Source: Candidatus Aenigmatarchaeota archaeon (GTDB taxonomy: Archaea > Aenigmatarchaeota > Aenigmatarchaeia > CG10238-14 > SpSt-28). Taken from it: DNA of 53,712 bases. The position numbers were made by a program, and so were the translations under genes. Below, in pieces: positions 1 through 9,622 of this stretch. The notes beneath the pieces are model-generated. The model saw only the letters and a list, made by a program, of their open reading frames with translations. It was not told where the DNA came from and did no database searches. The stretch is from positions 1-53,712 of the forward strand of contig JAWAZZ010000004.1 of the NCBI GenBank assembly GCA_038997305.1. Reading direction: 5' to 3'. Within the stretch, counting starts at the first letter, position 1. Each line of letters starts with the position of its first letter.

Positions 1-1885
1 GAAGAGCGAAACTTAACTCTCTAGTCGTATTAGTTATGAAATTAAACGAATATTCAATTTTAGAAATAAAAGGAAATGAAATTGTATTATAATGGATTAA
101 TTGTTTAGCCATTTCTTCATTTCCTAATGTAACTGTTGGTTCTGGAGAAGTGTATTCGCGAATAATGAGATAATCTATCCATCCTCTGTCCGCTCCCGCT
201 GTACCAATAACATCTTTATAATATCTCCACCTAAAAGTATGAGTTCCAGGGCCTCCAGTATAAGTTCTTAAAGTCCAACCAACTTCACCCGAAATCTTAT
301 GTTTTTCAACTCCATCAATTAAAAACTGAAGGAAATCATAGTTTGCTTCAGACGATACGGAGTCATAGAAAGATATAGCAAAACCAGTATTAAAAGTTAG
401 TGTTTTTTCCATCCAAGAATCTTGGTTATCATCAATATTGGGGTCGCTCCCTGCTGAATAAATTCCTTCATAAACTCTATCCGAAGCAATTACCCAGGGT
501 AATGTTCCCCCACAATTATAAAGAGTGCCACATCCCAAATTTCCTCTGTTAAAATCGTCAAACCATTTCATTGTTGCTGTCGCATTACTTAAACTATTTG
601 CACTAGGATTACCATAATAAACATAAATTGTTTTATATGAATTTGCTTGAATAAATGGAACTTTTACCCAAATTCTTGAATAATTTATATAGAATTTTTT
701 CCTAATAAAAAGATCATCTGGTGCTGTAGTTAAAGCATTTGTACATCCCCAAGAAGAGGAAGGCGCAAATGGAGCATTACCTACGTTCCAACTAGAATCG
801 TTAAAAGTAGTTTTATTCCAACCCAATGGTTCGCAAGGATGTGAACAATAGTAATACTTAAATGTTGGATTTGCAAAACAATTAGAATCCTTAGTAGAAG
901 TGCTAGAATCGTCATCCGACTGAGGAATTATATCTTGTCCATTAACTACAAGCCTCAAATCTAACCCACCAACACCAGTACCAGAATTTTCTCCTCCATT
1001 TGCAACCCAGCAAGCAAGTAAATTTTCCCCATATTTTAAAGCATACGAAACATCAACTATTTTATTCCACCAACCCACACCATGCACCTCACTCAACGCA
1101 TCAACAACAAGTTGGTCATTTATGTAACATCTAATTCCGTCGTCATAACCTAGATATAGAATGCCTGACAGTGGTTCAATCCAATAGTTTAATAAAGTAG
1201 TTCCATCACTATCTGTAAATCTTATATCCCCAAAATCTGAGCGCATTTTTCCTTGAGATATTAGGTCTGCTACATTTAAAGTTACTAAAACTTGGTAATC
1301 AATTAGGTTGTTTGAATTTAATGTATTATTTATAGTTATTGGAATTCTGTATTGCCAACCAGAAAGCCAGTTTATACTAATATTATTAATAGAATAGTTC
1401 AAAAAACTTTTTTCTCCTGTTAATTTAGAAGTTATTTCTATAGGAATCGAAATAGAAGTTGAAGTATTATAAATTTTTTTAGAAATGTTAACAAGAAGAA
1501 AATCATTTTCTAAATAAACACTATTATCATCTTCATAAACTTTTGTCTCTCCATAAGTTAGCTTAACTTTATCGAAAGTTTGATATAAGCTTTTAGAAAT
1601 TATATCAGAATAAACTTTATAAGTATAAACTAAAGAGTTTGAAGCATTATCTACATAAAGCGTTCCATCTTTAATGTTTAAAGTAATTTTCCTATAAGAG
1701 CCAACCGCTTCTTTCGAAACTTCTTCAATAGCTCTAGCTAAATAATTCATTTCGTTTATAGCATTTTCTAAATTTGAAGATTGAATAATTTTTTCTATCG
1801 CAGGTAATAAAGAATTATAAATTAGGAAAATTGCAATAACAGAAATAAGAAAGAGTATAGAATACTCTACATATATATTTGCCAT
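1..1885 (-). CDS. Pilin-like N-terminus, DUF2341-containing modular surface protein/adhesin (runs off window start)
   Basis: Not in ORF track. Manual translation from ATG 1885 is open to position 2: MANIYVEYSILFLISVIAIFLIY (TM), WLSGWQYRIPITI..DYQVLV..DFGDIRFTDSDGTTLLNYWIE...RIWVKVP..TIYVYYGNPSA (DUF2341-type), then VSSEANYDFLQFLIDG..ISGEVGW..GTHTFRWRYYKD..GWIDY jelly-roll module. Confidence 0.8.
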   Translation of the reverse strand, partial: MANIYVEYSILFLISVIAIFLIYNSLLPAIEKIIQSSNLENAINEMNYLARAIEEVSKEAVGSYRKITLNIKDGTLYVDNASNSLVYTYKVYSDIISKSLYQTFDKVKLTYGETKVYEDDNSVYLENDFLLVNISKKIYNTSTSISIPIEITSKLTGEKSFLNYSINNISINWLSGWQYRIPITINNTLNSNNLIDYQVLVTLNVADLISQGKMRSDFGDIRFTDSDGTTLLNYWIEPLSGILYLGYDDGIRCYINDQLVVDALSEVHGVGWWNKIVDVSYALKYGENLLACWVANGGENSGTGVGGLDLRLVVNGQDIIPQSDDDSSTSTKDSNCFANPTFKYYYCSHPCEPLGWNKTTFNDSSWNVGNAPFAPSSSWGCTNALTTAPDDLFIRKKFYINYSRIWVKVPFIQANSYKTIYVYYGNPSANSLSNATATMKWFDDFNRGNLGCGTLYNCGGTLPWVIASDRVYEGIYSAGSDPNIDDNQDSWMEKTLTFNTGFAISFYDSVSSEANYDFLQFLIDGVEKHKISGEVGWTLRTYTGGPGTHTFRWRYYKDVIGTAGADRGWIDYLIIREYTSPEPTVTLGNEEMAKQLIHYNTISFPFISKIEYSFNFITNTTRELSFAL

Positions 1886-1896
1886 AAAATATTATA

Positions 1897-2064
1897 TTAA
1901 ACTTCCTCTATAATTTCAACCTTTTCTAATTTTGCTTTTCCTCCAGTAGGTATTGCAATAATTTGACCACAATTTAAGCATTTTACTATAGTGCTTGCTT
2001 TATCAAAAATCACTTGCTCATTTCTGCATTTCAAACATCTAACTCTAATAAATTTTCCGGCCAT
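1897..2064 (-). CDS. rps27e: 30S ribosomal protein S27e
   Basis: Not in ORF track. 55 aa [46 protein letters not shown] with CxxC..CxxC and PTGGKA. Its ATG overlaps the rpl44e stop (TAATG), the canonical gene order. Confidence 0.96.
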   Translation of the reverse strand: MAGKFIRVRCLKCRNEQVIFDKASTIVKCLNCGQIIAIPTGGKAKLEKVEIIEEV

Positions 2065-2348
2065 TATTTACTAACAAGCTCTAATTTTTTAACTCTAAAT
2101 CCCTTGCCATGAGAATGTCTCTTATTACATTCTTTGCACTTAAACTTTAAATCAACTTTTTTAACAGCTTTCTCTCTTCCTTTAGGATTTTCTTTAGGAA
2201 AGCTTCCATATCCTTTCATTTTTCTAAGAAATCTTCTTTGTCCATGAGATAAGGTTCTTCTAGGTCTTTTTTTGCTAATTTCTACAGTATGTAAAGTATG
2301 CTTATTGCAGTATGGGCAATATATTCTTACTTCTTTTGGAAACTTCAT
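2064..2348 (-). CDS. rpl44e: 50S ribosomal protein L44e (eL42)
   Basis: [39 protein letters not shown]. Confidence 0.96.
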   Translation of the reverse strand: MKFPKEVRIYCPYCNKHTLHTVEISKKRPRRTLSHGQRRFLRKMKGYGSFPKENPKGREKAVKKVDLKFKCKECNKRHSHGKGFRVKKLELVSK

Positions 2349-2385
2349 TAAATTAATAATTTCGATAAAAATTTAAATTCTTTAT

Positions 2386-2694
2386 ATGCCAAGGAATGAA
2401 TATAATATTTTAAGACATGAATTAATAGGTCTAAAAGTTAGAATTTATAACGCAAAAAACAAGAGCTTAAAAAAAATTAAAGGAATTGTAATAGACGAAA
2501 CATATAATACATTAATAATAGAAAAAGAAAACAAAAGAAGAAAAATAGTACCAAAAAAAGGTACAATATTCATTTTTACATTAGATAATGGCAAAAAAGT
2601 TAAAGTTTTAGGAGATTTATTAATTGGCAGACCAGAAGATAGGTTAAAGAAAAAGTTTCCAAAATGGAAGCTTACAGAAAAGAATTTAAAATGA
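2386..2694 (+). CDS. rnp1: Ribonuclease P protein subunit Rpp29/Pop4
   Basis: HELIGLKV..GIVIDETYNTL..VPKKG..FIF..G..L.GRPEDRLK. Confidence 0.93.
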   Translation: MPRNEYNILRHELIGLKVRIYNAKNKSLKKIKGIVIDETYNTLIIEKENKRRKIVPKKGTIFIFTLDNGKKVKVLGDLLIGRPEDRLKKKFPKWKLTEKNLK

Positions 2695-2713
2695 AAAACA
2701 AAAGCTTAATATT

Positions 2714-5700
2714 ATGTTAATATATGAAAATGCTTGCCCAAATTGTAACGGGAGAATTTCTTATGAAAGATTAGTAAATTCATTGCCTTGCGAAAAATGT
2801 TTGCCAGATAATCTTTTGGAAGAAATAAAAAACATAAAGCCAGGAACAAAAAAGTTTTATAACAAAGTCAGAAGTTTATTAATAAAAAACTATACACTAA
2901 AAAACTACAATAAATTCATTAAACTTTTAAAACTTTCTCAAAAGTTCTTAAACTTCTTTAAAAAAGCGGTTGGTTCAAAAGCATGGAGCGCACAAAGAAT
3001 GTGGACAATAAGAATTTTAAAAAATCAATCCTTTGCAATATTAGCACCAACAGGCACAGGAAAAACAACTTTTTTGATAGTAGCATCTTTATTTCTAGCA
3101 AAAAACTTTAAGAAAAAAATTTATTTTATTCTACCAACGAGCTTATTAGCATCTCATGTAAAACAAAAATTTGATAACATTTTATCTAAGCTTAATTTAA
3201 ATGTTAATGTAATTGCATACCATTCTTTACTAAAGCAAAAAGAGAAAGAAGAAGCAATGCAAAAAATATTGAACAAAGAATATCAAATATTAATAACTAC
3301 TAACATGTTTTTATCAAAAAAGTTTGATTTAATAAAGGATGAAAAATTCGATGTAATTTTTGTTGATGATGTTGATTCTTTTCTAAAAGCTTCTAAAAAC
3401 ATAGATAAAGTTTTAAAGCTTTTAGGGTTTAGCGATGAAGTTATTCAAAAAGCATTAGAAAATGTTGAATTAAGAAGAAGCCTAGTTTTTGCTAACGAAG
3501 AAAAAAGAAAAGAAATAGAGAAAAAGATTGAAGAAAACGAAAAATTCATTAAAGCACATTCTTCAATAAACAAAATTTTAATAGTTAGTGGAGCTTCTGC
3601 TAGAGCTAGAGTTAAGAGAGTAATGCTTTTCAAAGAATTATTAAACTTTCAAATAGGCACAAGAATAGAAGGAATAAGGAATGTTGTTGATACATATGAA
3701 TTTGTAAAAGAAAATCTAGAAGAAAAGGTTTATGAATATGTAACAAAATTAGGTAAAGGTGGATTAATTTTTGTTCCTATGGATAAAGGAATTGAATATG
3801 CAAAATATTTAGAAGAATATTTAACATCTAAAGGTATTAAAGCAAAAGCACTAGAAAAAACAAAGTTATCGATAATTAACGATTTTATCTTAGGTAACTT
3901 AGATGTTTTGATTGGAGTCGCATCATATAGAAGTCCTTTAGCTAGAGGAATTGATTTGCCAGAAGTTATTAGGTATGCAATATTCGCTGGTGTACCAAAA
4001 TTCAAAATAAAAATTGATTTATCAGAATTTAAAGCTGGAAGATTGATAATGCTTCTATTACATTTAAGGGAATATTTAGACAAAAAAGAAGATAAAGATA
4101 AATTAGATGTTTTAGTCAATAAACTAAGAAAGATTACAGGTTTAACAGAAGAAAATCTAAACATTGTTATAAATGCTATAAAAGAAGACAAACAATTAGA
4201 AGGATTCTTAGAATATTGTAGGCAAACATTAAAAGATGCTTATGAATTTCTCAAAAACTTATTGAATAATAAAGAGTTTGTTGAAAAATTAAAACAAAGT
4301 AAAAAATTGACCTTTGGAGAGGAAGATAAGTTTTATTTTGTTATTGCAGATGTTCAAGCATATATTCAGGCAAGTGGAAGAACAAGTAGATTATACGCAG
4401 GAGGAATTTCTAAAGGTTTAAGTTTGGTTTTGATAGATGAAGAAAAAGCTTTTAATAGCTTAAGAGAAAAAATTAAGTGGTTTGATGAAAGAGCAGAATT
4501 TAAAGAAATAAAAGAAATAAAATTAGAAAAAGTTCTACAAGAAATAAACAGGGATAGAGAAAAAATTAAAGCAATAAAAGAAGGAAAAATAGAAGCAAAA
4601 AGAATGAAAGATTTAGTAAAAATAGGATTAATGATTGTTGAAAGTCCAACAAAAGCAAAAACTATTGCAAGATTTTTTGGAATTCCTGCAATAAGAGATA
4701 TAAACGATGTTAGAGTTTATGAAGTTTCTAGCGGAGATTACATTTTATTAATAACAGCAAGTATCGGACATGTATATGATTTAGTAACTCAAGAAGGATT
4801 TCATGGAATATTAGTAAAAGATAATTCTTTTATTCCAATCTATGGAACAATAAAAGTTTGTCCAAAATGCAATACTCAATACACAGATTTAATAGATAAA
4901 TGCCCAAAAGATAATGAAAAGCTCCTCGATAAAATAAATATTCTTAATGTTTTGAGAGAATTAGCAATAGAGGCTGATGAAATTCTTATAGCAACTGACC
5001 CAGATGCAGAAGGAGAAAAAATTGGATTTGATATAGCAATGTTTATCAAACCATATAATCAAAAAATTAAAAGATTAGAATTTCATGAAATAACTTATAG
5101 AGCAATAAGAAATGCGTTGGATAATCCAAGAGAAATAAACTTAAATTTAGTTAAAGCTCAAATAGTTAGAAGAATTGAAGATAGATGGTTTGGTTTTGAA
5201 TTAAGTCAAAAAGTTCAATTGAAATTCAATAAAAAAACGTTATCTGCTGGAAGAGTTCAAACTCCTGTGCTTGGATGGATAATTCAAAGAACTTTAGAGA
5301 GTAAAAATAGTGTAAGAAGTTATATAAGAATTAAATTCGATAGCACTCCAATGACTTTTGACCTGGGTAAAAAACTTAACAAAGAAGAAAAAGAAGAATT
5401 ATTGAACAAGCTAGTAGAAAATCCAAAAGTTATTGTAAAAATTGTCGAGAAAAAAGAAGAAGTACTAAATCCTTTGCCGCCTTACACAACAGATACTCTT
5501 TTAAAAGATGCTTCAAATATATTAAAATTTGATAGTGCAAAAACTATGAGATTGGCTCAAGATTTATTCGAAGCTGGTTTATGCACATATCATAGAACTG
5601 ATTCAACTACAGTTTCATCCTTTGGAATTAATCTAGCAAAACAATACATCTCAGAGAATTTTGGAGAAGAATTTTTCGTTGCAAGAAGTTGGCAAAAAGA

Positions 5701-6370
5701 AGGTGCTCACGAATGTATTAGACCTACCAGACCAATAGATGCAGAAAGATTAGTAGAATTAATAAGATTAAAACTGCTTCAAATCCCAATAAGATTAACT
5801 AGAGATCATATCATGCTTTACGATTTAATATTTAGAAGATTTATAGCAAGCCAAATGAAAGCTGCAAAAGTTGAAAAGACAACATTTAAGTTTATTTTAT
5901 TAAATTTTGAGAGAGTAGATGAATATATTACAAAGATTATAGAAGAAGGATTTATAAAGATTTCAAAAATAAAGGTTAGTGAAATTAAAGAAGGAGAATA
6001 CTCAATTACATTTTTCGATCCTGAAAAAAGTATTTTTACAAAACCTTCAATTTCTCTTTATACTCAAGGAGATGTAATATCTCTAATGAAAGAAAGAGGA
6101 ATAGGAAGACCTTCAACTTATGCAACAATAATTTCAAAAATATTAGATAGAAGATATGCTTTAAGCAAAAATAATAAAATATTTGCAACAAAAAGAGGAA
6201 TGCAAGTTTATGAATTTCTAAAAACTTACTTCGAAAAATACATAAGCGAAGAAGTTACAAGAGATTTAGAAAAGAAAATGGATTTAATAGAAGAAAATAA
6301 AGCAGATTATTTAGAGATATTAAGAGAAATTTATAAAGAAACTATAGAAATAAAGAACTCTCAGATATAA
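2714..6370 (+). CDS. rgy: Reverse gyrase
   Basis: N-terminal CPNC..CEKC Zn finger, APTGTGKT, DDVD, QASGRTSR helicase part fused to topo IA (VESPTKA, ATDPDAEGE, SAGRVQTP, TYHRTDS, GIGRPSTY). Confidence 0.98.
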   Translation: MLIYENACPNCNGRISYERLVNSLPCEKCLPDNLLEEIKNIKPGTKKFYNKVRSLLIKNYTLKNYNKFIKLLKLSQKFLNFFKKAVGSKAWSAQRMWTIRILKNQSFAILAPTGTGKTTFLIVASLFLAKNFKKKIYFILPTSLLASHVKQKFDNILSKLNLNVNVIAYHSLLKQKEKEEAMQKILNKEYQILITTNMFLSKKFDLIKDEKFDVIFVDDVDSFLKASKNIDKVLKLLGFSDEVIQKALENVELRRSLVFANEEKRKEIEKKIEENEKFIKAHSSINKILIVSGASARARVKRVMLFKELLNFQIGTRIEGIRNVVDTYEFVKENLEEKVYEYVTKLGKGGLIFVPMDKGIEYAKYLEEYLTSKGIKAKALEKTKLSIINDFILGNLDVLIGVASYRSPLARGIDLPEVIRYAIFAGVPKFKIKIDLSEFKAGRLIMLLLHLREYLDKKEDKDKLDVLVNKLRKITGLTEENLNIVINAIKEDKQLEGFLEYCRQTLKDAYEFLKNLLNNKEFVEKLKQSKKLTFGEEDKFYFVIADVQAYIQASGRTSRLYAGGISKGLSLVLIDEEKAFNSLREKIKWFDERAEFKEIKEIKLEKVLQEINRDREKIKAIKEGKIEAKRMKDLVKIGLMIVESPTKAKTIARFFGIPAIRDINDVRVYEVSSGDYILLITASIGHVYDLVTQEGFHGILVKDNSFIPIYGTIKVCPKCNTQYTDLIDKCPKDNEKLLDKINILNVLRELAIEADEILIATDPDAEGEKIGFDIAMFIKPYNQKIKRLEFHEITYRAIRNALDNPREINLNLVKAQIVRRIEDRWFGFELSQKVQLKFNKKTLSAGRVQTPVLGWIIQRTLESKNSVRSYIRIKFDSTPMTFDLGKKLNKEEKEELLNKLVENPKVIVKIVEKKEEVLNPLPPYTTDTLLKDASNILKFDSAKTMRLAQDLFEAGLCTYHRTDSTTVSSFGINLAKQYISENFGEEFFVARSWQKEGAHECIRPTRPIDAERLVELIRLKLLQIPIRLTRDHIMLYDLIFRRFIASQMKAAKVEKTTFKFILLNFERVDEYITKIIEEGFIKISKIKVSEIKEGEYSITFFDPEKSIFTKPSISLYTQGDVISLMKERGIGRPSTYATIISKILDRRYALSKNNKIFATKRGMQVYEFLKTYFEKYISEEVTRDLEKKMDLIEENKADYLEILREIYKETIEIKNSQI

Positions 6371-9300
6371 TTATTTCTTTAGTTTTTTCTCTATTTCATA
6401 AACTAATTTTTTCGTTTTCACTACAACATCTGGATTTACTGATATACTATCTATTCCTGCTTTTACTAAAAATTCTGTAAATTCTGGATATATGCTTGGT
6501 GCTTGACCGCAAATACTAACAGTAACTTTATTCTTATGAGCAACATCTATTAAATATTCTATTGCCCTTAAAACCGCTTCGTTCCTTTCATCGAAATATC
6601 CCATATTAGCCAAAATCGCAGAATCTCTATCAACTCCTAATATTAATTGAGTTAAATCGTTAGAACCAATAGAAAATCCATCTACATATTTAGAAAACTT
6701 ATCCGCTAAAAATATGTTGCTAGGAACTTCTGCCATCATCCAAACTTTAAAATCTTTACTTCTTACTAAACCTTCTTCTTCCATTATTTTTAATACTTTT
6801 TCTAATTCGTTAACAGTTCTTACAAATGGTATCATTACCCAAACATTATTTAATCTATATTCTTCTCTTACTTTCTTTATTGCTCTACATTCTAATCTAA
6901 ATGCTTGTTCAAATTCTTTGCTTATATATCTAGATGCACCTCTCCACCCTAACATAGGGTTGTTTTCTTTTGGCTCGTATTTTTCTCCACCAATTAGTTT
7001 TGCGTATTCATTTGTTTTAAAATCACTAAACCTAACTACTACGAATCTTGGATAAATCTCTTTAGCAACTAGAGCAATTCCTTCTGCAAGTTTATTGATA
7101 TATTCATCTTCTTTTCCTTGTTCTATCAAGTAGTTTGGATGATATTTAATGTAACTCCCTATTATAAATTCTATTCTCATTAATCCAATTCCTTCGAAAG
7201 GTAAATGTTTATAATTCTTTATAGCTTCTGGCACACCTAAATTCATTAGTATTTTTGTTTTAGTTTTTAATTTTCTGGCTTCTTCTATTTCAATATCTTC
7301 TTTTCTAGCATATTTCAATAATTCTTCAATTCTTCCTTCATAAACATTTCCATTGTATGCATCTACAGTAACTATTTGATTTTCTCTTAATATTTTTGTT
7401 GCTTCTTTTGTTCCAACTATGCATGGAATTCCCATCTCTCTACTTACTATTGCTGCATGTGAATTAGAAACTAAAATTGGTAATAGATTTTCAGTAAGTA
7501 TTACATAGTTCTTTTCTGCTTCATTACTTCCATAAACTTCAAAATTATAAACATATTCTAACTTTTCTTTGTTCAAAAAGTCTATTCTAACTTTTAGTGC
7601 TTTTGATTTTTTAAGATTGTTCTTTCTAACTATTAACTTTCCATTAATTACTTCTGGAACTATTCCTAACTTTATTAAAGCCAATGCTACTGCTCTTTTA
7701 CATTCTTCATCAACTATTTCAATCTCGTTTCCAAAAGAAAGTAAACCTCTAATAAACTCCCTTACAGAACTCTTATCTAAATTCAAAATGAAAATTTGTA
7801 AATTATTTAAAATTTTGAATAATAGCGAATTATCGTACTCAAAATCTGAAAGTTTTGATTTTATTAATGAAAGAATTCTATTGTTTTCATCCACAACATT
7901 TTCTGAAATTTCTAATAATCTTTTTCTAGCTATTAAACTTCCTATCACATATGCTAATTTTTTAGTTTTTATCGAAATTGGCTTCTCTGGAATATTTATA
8001 GGAGAAAATAGCGGAATTTCTCTTCTATACATTATGCTTATAGGTATTTTTTTGATTAGACCATCTTCAAATACTATTGCTTTATGATCTTTAGTTAAAT
8101 ACAAGTGATCGAAGAAATTCCTAACATATATTTTATAAATATAGTCTTTTCTTCTTCCAGCAGCTATTATTCTTTTCCAAACTAATTTTTTATCTAAATT
8201 CATAGATAACAAATATACTGGCTTATCTTCAGCAACTAAGTTATAAACTTTTTCAGCTTCTAAAATTCCATAGTTTGTTATTAACTTTGTATTAGGTGCT
8301 AAACATGTCATACCGCCTTCATCAGTTATTATTGCAGCGGCTTTTTTCATTGCTGGAACCATATCTGGTTCGGTCATAGTAGTTACTAAAATATCTCCTT
8401 CCTCTACTTTATGAATTTCAGAAATATTTTTAACTATTTTTACTTTTCCAAAAGCAATACCTCCACTAGCAGGCAATCCTCTTAATATTGGTTTAACTTT
8501 AATATCTATTTCAGTTATTTTCTTTTCGAAAAATGCTGTTACAGGCCTAGATTGAACTATGTATATCTTACCATTTTCAACAACATATTCAACATCTTGT
8601 GGAAAGTTGTAATGTTTTTCAATCCTAACTAAAATTTTCCAAAGCTCTTTCAATGTCTTTTCATCTAAAGAAGGTTTTTCTGACAATTCTTTTGGAACTT
8701 CTACTTCTTCGATTCCATATTCTCCGCTTGCTATTTTCATTTTAACTTTTTTAGCAATGTGTTTTTCTAAAATTTTTCCAGTTCTTTTATCTAGAACAAA
8801 TGTATCTGGAGTAACAGCTCCACTAACAACAGCTTCTCCTTGACCATAGTGAGCTTCTATAACAATCTTATTCTTATCTCCACTAGCAGGATGAATAGTA
8901 AAAGCTACACCTGCAACATATTTACCTTTAAGATAATCTTCTTTCGAAATTTTTCCTAATTGTTTTTGAACAACAACAGCAATATTAACTTTAAGATGAT
9001 CGAATCCTTTTTTTGTTCTATAAAAAGTAGCTCTAGCAGTAAACAAAGATGCCCAACATCTTTTTACTGCTTCTATGACCTTCTCCTTTCCTCTAACATT
9101 CAAAATTGTTTCTTGTTGTCCAGCAAAAGATGCCTCTTTTATATCTTCTGCAGTTGCACTACTTCTAGCAACAACATATATCTCTTTTTGACCTTCTAAT
9201 TTGCTTAACTTTTCATAAGCTTCTATTATTTCTTTTTCAACATCTTTTGGTATTGGAGCAGATCTTATTAACTCTCTGATTTTTTGAGTGTTTTCTTCCA

Positions 9301-9520
9301 ATTGCTTTGTGTTATCTACATCTGTTTGATCAAGAATTTCTTTAATTTTCTTATCTAAGCCATTTTCTTCAATATGTTTTCTATATGCGTTAGCCAATAC
9401 TACAAAACCATTAGGTACTGGAATTCCAGCATTAATTAACTCGCCAAGATTTGCGCCCTTTCCGCCAGCTATTTCAACATCATTTTTGTTTATCTCTTTT
9501 AAAAATTTTATGTATTTCAT
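6371..9520 (-). CDS. ppsA: Phosphoenolpyruvate synthase (pyruvate, water dikinase) with intein
   Basis: GGKGANLGEL, RSSATAED..SFAGQQET, QSRPVT, GGMT/(intein)/SHAAIVSRE, NPMLGWRGASRY, SIGSNDLTQ, CGQAPS. Confidence 0.96.
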   Translation of the reverse strand: MKYIKFLKEINKNDVEIAGGKGANLGELINAGIPVPNGFVVLANAYRKHIEENGLDKKIKEILDQTDVDNTKQLEENTQKIRELIRSAPIPKDVEKEIIEAYEKLSKLEGQKEIYVVARSSATAEDIKEASFAGQQETILNVRGKEKVIEAVKRCWASLFTARATFYRTKKGFDHLKVNIAVVVQKQLGKISKEDYLKGKYVAGVAFTIHPASGDKNKIVIEAHYGQGEAVVSGAVTPDTFVLDKRTGKILEKHIAKKVKMKIASGEYGIEEVEVPKELSEKPSLDEKTLKELWKILVRIEKHYNFPQDVEYVVENGKIYIVQSRPVTAFFEKKITEIDIKVKPILRGLPASGGIAFGKVKIVKNISEIHKVEEGDILVTTMTEPDMVPAMKKAAAIITDEGGMTCLAPNTKLITNYGILEAEKVYNLVAEDKPVYLLSMNLDKKLVWKRIIAAGRRKDYIYKIYVRNFFDHLYLTKDHKAIVFEDGLIKKIPISIMYRREIPLFSPINIPEKPISIKTKKLAYVIGSLIARKRLLEISENVVDENNRILSLIKSKLSDFEYDNSLLFKILNNLQIFILNLDKSSVREFIRGLLSFGNEIEIVDEECKRAVALALIKLGIVPEVINGKLIVRKNNLKKSKALKVRIDFLNKEKLEYVYNFEVYGSNEAEKNYVILTENLLPILVSNSHAAIVSREMGIPCIVGTKEATKILRENQIVTVDAYNGNVYEGRIEELLKYARKEDIEIEEARKLKTKTKILMNLGVPEAIKNYKHLPFEGIGLMRIEFIIGSYIKYHPNYLIEQGKEDEYINKLAEGIALVAKEIYPRFVVVRFSDFKTNEYAKLIGGEKYEPKENNPMLGWRGASRYISKEFEQAFRLECRAIKKVREEYRLNNVWVMIPFVRTVNELEKVLKIMEEEGLVRSKDFKVWMMAEVPSNIFLADKFSKYVDGFSIGSNDLTQLILGVDRDSAILANMGYFDERNEAVLRAIEYLIDVAHKNKVTVSICGQAPSIYPEFTEFLVKAGIDSISVNPDVVVKTKKLVYEIEKKLKK
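7463..8305 (-). mobile_element. Intein (281 aa) in PpsA with degenerate LAGLIDADG remnants
   Basis: Interrupts GGMT|SHAAI. Block A CLAPNT, block B LTKDH, block F VYNFEV, ends ILVSN with Ser at +1. Remnants LAYVIGSLIA, FIRGLLSFG, LIKLGI. Confidence 0.9.
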
Positions 9521-9622
9521 AAATATTCTATTAGCATTAAGGATTTATATTATTTTATCTCTTTAATGTTAAACAAAAAGGTATACAAAGCTTAAATTAA
9601 AAGTTAAAAAAGAATAAGCTTT

